NCBI RefSeq assembly: GCF_009914755.1
Contig: NC_060933.1
Length of the DNA: 64,000 bases
Strand: one strand, 5' to 3'
DNA from: the human T2T-CHM13v2.0 reference genome, Homo sapiens
Positions within the stretch are counted from its first letter, which is position 1. The number at the start of each line of letters is the position of its first letter. The position numbers and the translations under genes are program-made. Of the stretch, positions 59,297-64,000 are shown in pieces. Under the pieces are notes generated by a model. It saw nothing but the letters and a program-made list of their open reading frames with translations. It ran no database searches and was not told the DNA's origin.

Positions 59297-60211
59297 TTTT
59301 TTTTTTTTTTTTTTGATAATACTTCAAGTTCTAGGATACATGTGCAACGTGCAGGTTTGATACATAGGTATACATGTGCCATGTTGGTTTGCTGCACCCA
59401 TCAACTCATCATTTACAGTAGATATTTCTCCTAATGCTATCCCTCCCCCAGCCCCCCAACCCCCGACAGGCCCCAGTGTGTGATGTTCCCTGCCCTGTGT
59501 CCAAGTGATCTCATTGTTCAATTCCCACCTATGAGTGAGAACATGCATTGTTTGGTTTTCTGTCCTTGTGATAGTTTGCTGGTAATGATGGTTTATAGCT
59601 CCATCCATGTCCCTGCAAAGGACATGAACTCATCCTTTTTTATGGCTACATAGTATTCCATGGTGTATATGTGCCACATTTTCTTAATCCAGTCTATCAT
59701 TGATGGACATTTGGGTTGGTTCCAAGTCTTTGCTGTTGTGAATAGTGCAGCAGTAAACATATGTGTGCATGTGTCTTTATAGTAGCATGATTTATAATCC
59801 TTTGGGTATATACCCAGTAATGAGATGGCTGGGTCAAATGATAATTCTAGTTCTAGATCCTTGAGGAATCACCACACTGTCTTCCACAGTGGTTGAACTA
59901 ATTTACGCTCCCACCAACAGTGTAAAAGCGTTCCTATTTTTCCACATCCTCTCCAGCATCTGTTGTTTCCTGACTTTTTAATGATCACCATTCTAACTGG
60001 TGTGAGATGGTATCTCATTGTGGTTTTGATTTGCATTTTTCTGATGACCAGTGATGATGAGCATTTTTTCTTGTGTCTGTTGGCTGCATAGATGTCTTCT
60101 TTTGAGAAGCGCCTGTTCATATCCTTTGCCCACTTTTTGATGGGGTTGTTTGTTTTTTCCTTGTAAATTTGTTTGAGTTCTTTGTAGATTCTGGATATTA
60201 GCCCTTTGTCA
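59297..60211 (-). mobile_element. 5'-truncated L1PA element (3'UTR plus ORF2 C-terminus)
   Basis: Poly(T) then L1 3'UTR. ORF 59869..60315 contains [16 protein letters not shown]...[14 protein letters not shown]...HLTPVRM...RCWRGCG...GTLLHCWW...VQPLWKTVW, the L1 ORF2p C-terminal Cys-rich region. Confidence 0.93.
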
Positions 60212-60703
60212 GGTCTTAGCCTCTCTTTCATTCTTTTTTTTTTTGAGATGGAGTATGCTCTGTCATACAGGGTGGAGTGCAGTGGCGCGGTCTCAACCTT
60301 CACCCCCGGGTTCAAGCAGTTCTCCTGCCTTAGCCTCCCGAGTAGCTGGGATTACAGGTGCATGCCACCACACCTGTCTAATTTTTGTATTTTTAGCAGA
60401 GACCGTGATTCGCCATGTTGGCCAGACTGGTTTCTAACTCCTGGCCTCAAGTGATCTGCCTGTCTTGGCCTCCCAAAGTGCTGGGATTATAGGCGTGAGC
60501 TGCTGTGCCCGGCTGGCCCCTCTTTTATTCTGCTGCTGCTTTCAGAGCTTGATTTCCTTAGGTTATACTAAAAAATCTGAACACCATGGACAGTAACCTA
60601 TGGCAACAGTAACACAACTTAAGCAAGTTATTATTTTTAAAACCAAAAAACCAAGACTCTCAAAGGCATGGGGCGAATCCAGCCTTTGGGTATATATTGA
60701 AGA

Positions 60704-60897
60704 GCAGGGTTTGGCTGTCAAGTTCTGCCTTTTGCTGGTTTTTGTAATAAAGCTTTCTTGGAGCCCAGTCTTTTTCATTTGCATATTATATATTTGTGCA
60801 CTACCGTGGCAGAGGTGCTTTAGTTGTGACAGATTATATGGCCTTCAAAGCCTAATATATTTACTGTTTCTTTGCAGAAAATGTTTGTCAGCCCCTT
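60704..60897. mobile_element. MER58A-like hAT-Charlie element
   Basis: gtttttgtaataaagctttcttgga...agttgtgacaga...aaagcctaatatatttact...gaaaatgtttgtcagcccct. Confidence 0.7.
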
Positions 60898-61853
60898 ATA
60901 TGGAGGATAATTATTTGTTCTTGGGGAAGACTGTACAAATCCTTTTTGAGATAGATGGGATATAAATAAAATTGGAATGTTCTCAGGAGGATGAGATTAA
61001 TATAATTGACTACATTGATTCATTGCAAGAAAGAAATTGGAGTGTTTGGTAATTTCAGGAACCTTCTGTAGTTAAAACAAGATCTTAGAAATAGAGCCAT
61101 CTTTGGTCCTGAGTAAGTCCTAGATGATTCTTTGGAAACAGTACATACACATAAGGAACTTAAGATCTGGATTTTTTTTTGTTATGTTTCACTAAGGGCT
61201 GGTCTGCCGATGAAGTTTTAATTAGCCTTTGTTAACAAGCCTTTACATTAAAATACTCAGCCTTCTGTTAGACGCAGCACAGGAGTTTCTTCGGGAAACA
61301 AAACAAACACACAAAGATAAAGATAAAAGAGGGACTGAGAGAAAATAAGATTTGGCTAAAGGACCTGCAAGTCAGCAGATGTCTGTAGAAAAGACAGAAG
61401 GTATAACATTGCTGAGATGGCCAGTAGCCATGTACACCTGCATCGACCTTTGAAGGCAAAGCTACATCTCTTTTTTTCTGTGTGTGAGAGCTAAGAATAG
61501 ACATCAGCATTACCTATGTTAGTACAGTGACAAAGGATCATCAGGTTTGTGTTCTGTCCTATTTTGGGCTGCATTTCTAGCAATACCTATTGTGTAGCAT
61601 AATGATGATTCTTCTCGTGGTAATGCTTCATTAAATAGAGGTATAAAATGAAGTTCTACATGTTTTGCTCATGCTATTACCTTCATAATCTATAACCCTA
61701 GATGGACCTTCCAGTGTATTGTGTGTATTCAAGTCGTCTTTGCAAGATTTTCCCTTTGCTGAGCGGTGACACATAGCTCCTCCTCTCATCCTCATCTCTA
61801 TTCTCCATCGTGCTGGCTTTCCAGTTTAAATGCCTCATAGCATAACATGCAGG

Positions 61854-62510
61854 TCAGTCTTCAGTGGCCCCTTGGAACCAATGTTTTGCACCAAAAGGGG
61901 GTAGCTTATCCTCACTGTCAGAGTACCCATGGAGCAATTTAGCCTTTGGATTCTGTAATAAACCTATGGGATAGCATTTCATAAAGACTGAGAATTTCCT
62001 GTGTGTGTAACCATCTTTGATGATAGTTTTCTGCAGGTCACTGGAGGAAGGTAGCCACACTTCACTGTGAGGGGATGGTGCCCTACCTGTCACCTTCAAC
62101 TTCTGCTATCTCACACTGTTGTTGGATGTTTCAGACCATTTTGCACTTGCTTTGAAACTTAGCTCCTTCACTGAATCACGTTGCTCCTTCGTTGCTGCTG
62201 CCTCCAGATCTCCAAAGGTGTCCCCTACCCTCTCCTGTACCAGCCAGATAATCATTGGTCTCCTACCCTGAGAATGGCTATGAGTCCACTGCAAAAGGAA
62301 TTTCTCTAGTTTTTCAAAATCTTGAGTCACATGGTGAAGCTCTTCAGGAGCAACTCTGCTATGTTGAAGAGATTGGGACATGTCAAGTTAATATCTGATG
62401 GGCCTCCTTCCTTCAGTACGCACCATCACTTCCAACTCTTCGTAGGCTTCTGTAGGTCTCATATGCTCACTTACTTTCTCCTCGGGTTTTTCTACTTTTT
62501 CAGGAGACAT
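61854..62510 (-). mobile_element. Fossil TcMar-Tigger/pogo transposase coding remnant (N-terminal DNA-binding domains and start of the DDE region)
   Basis: One minus-strand frame from ATG 62510 with stops at 62388-62390 and 62106-62108. It reads EELEVMVRTEGRRPIRY*LDMSQS (psq-like HTH), EKLEKFLLQW...FKASAKW (CENP-B HTH, cf. MEKVLVVW...EASRGW), KLKVTGRAPS...DLQKTIIKDGYT (cf. NIKVQGEAAS...DLAKIIDEGGYT) and HGYSDSEDKL (cf. PGFKASKDRL). Comparison is to the recalled Tigger1 transposase. Confidence 0.8.
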
Positions 62511-63064
62511 TTTCACTCATACTGATGGGAAGATGACAGCAGTAATGCCAATACACTTAATGTGGGCGCTAGAAATAATCCTTTTGGGAAAACATCTGAG
62601 ATACAACTTAGCTGCAGACTATATTCTCTGACCTAGATTTGTATACAACTGAAACAGTTCTGTTGGTGGACACCATCATAGAGAGTCTTTGATTTGGACA
62701 GTGAATATTGGGTAAAAAAATTATTGTAGCAAATAGTTGGAAAATGATAACAGAGGATGAAGGTTACTTGTATTTGTTTTTGTGGTATTTCTTTTCGTGG
62801 CTATTTCTTCTGCAGTAGACTCTGAGTTCATTGGTGACAGGTGTCATTTCTCATGTATTCTCTAGCTCCAGTCTCTAGCATAGGGTCTGATGAGTGCATG
62901 GCATTGGAAAAATAGCTGTGAAAAATATTGTGATCTGATAACAGACTGCAGCAAGATGGTCTAGTTACAGCAAGAGGCTTGGGGAGGGCTTCGGATGAGA
63001 AGGGTGAAGAGGGTTCAGGTGAGCTTCCCCAGTGTGCATTTTTCTGAACTCTTTTACTCCAAGA

Positions 63065-63957
<893 letters not shown>

Positions 63958-64000
63958 TCGGTAAGATACATAGCAAAAGATGACTTATCTATTGCACATA

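Noticed and set aside
59869-60315. 148-aa ORF as a functional gene
   Set aside because: Chimeric read-through from an Alu into a truncated L1 ORF2 fragment.

Overview
Hominid (almost certainly human) genomic DNA lying entirely inside the KDM4C (JMJD2C/GASC1) histone demethylase gene on the + strand. The window holds the first three coding exons: 31503-31663 with the ATG at 31520, 44087-44262 and 53223-53337. Together they give codons 1-145 (JmjN domain and the linker before JmjC). The promoter/first exon lies upstream of the window and the rest of the gene downstream. The remaining ~99% is intron: about 75 Alu copies or fragments (hand count, roughly one third of the bases, mostly antisense to the gene), two oppositely oriented SVA retrotransposons bracketing the second coding exon, L1PA/L1M, L2, MIR, MaLR/ERVL LTRs and several DNA-transposon relics, including a fossil Tigger/pogo transposase frame. 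Nearly all ORFs in the supplied track are Alu/SVA/L1 artefacts. I see no new gene system. The most notable observations are: (1) a 264-bp templated insertion copied from 1.57 kb upstream into a perfect hairpin, with a 16-bp target duplication; (2) an exon-exon junction that regenerates an identical 5' splice site (recursive/re-splicing candidate); (3) inverted SVAs flanking a frameshifting exon, one a sense-strand potential exon trap; (4) an Alu target site reused three times, giving a zero-spacer inverted Alu pair next to the ATG exon. Repeat names and subfamilies come from recalled consensus sequences, not a database search, and repeat boundaries are approximate.
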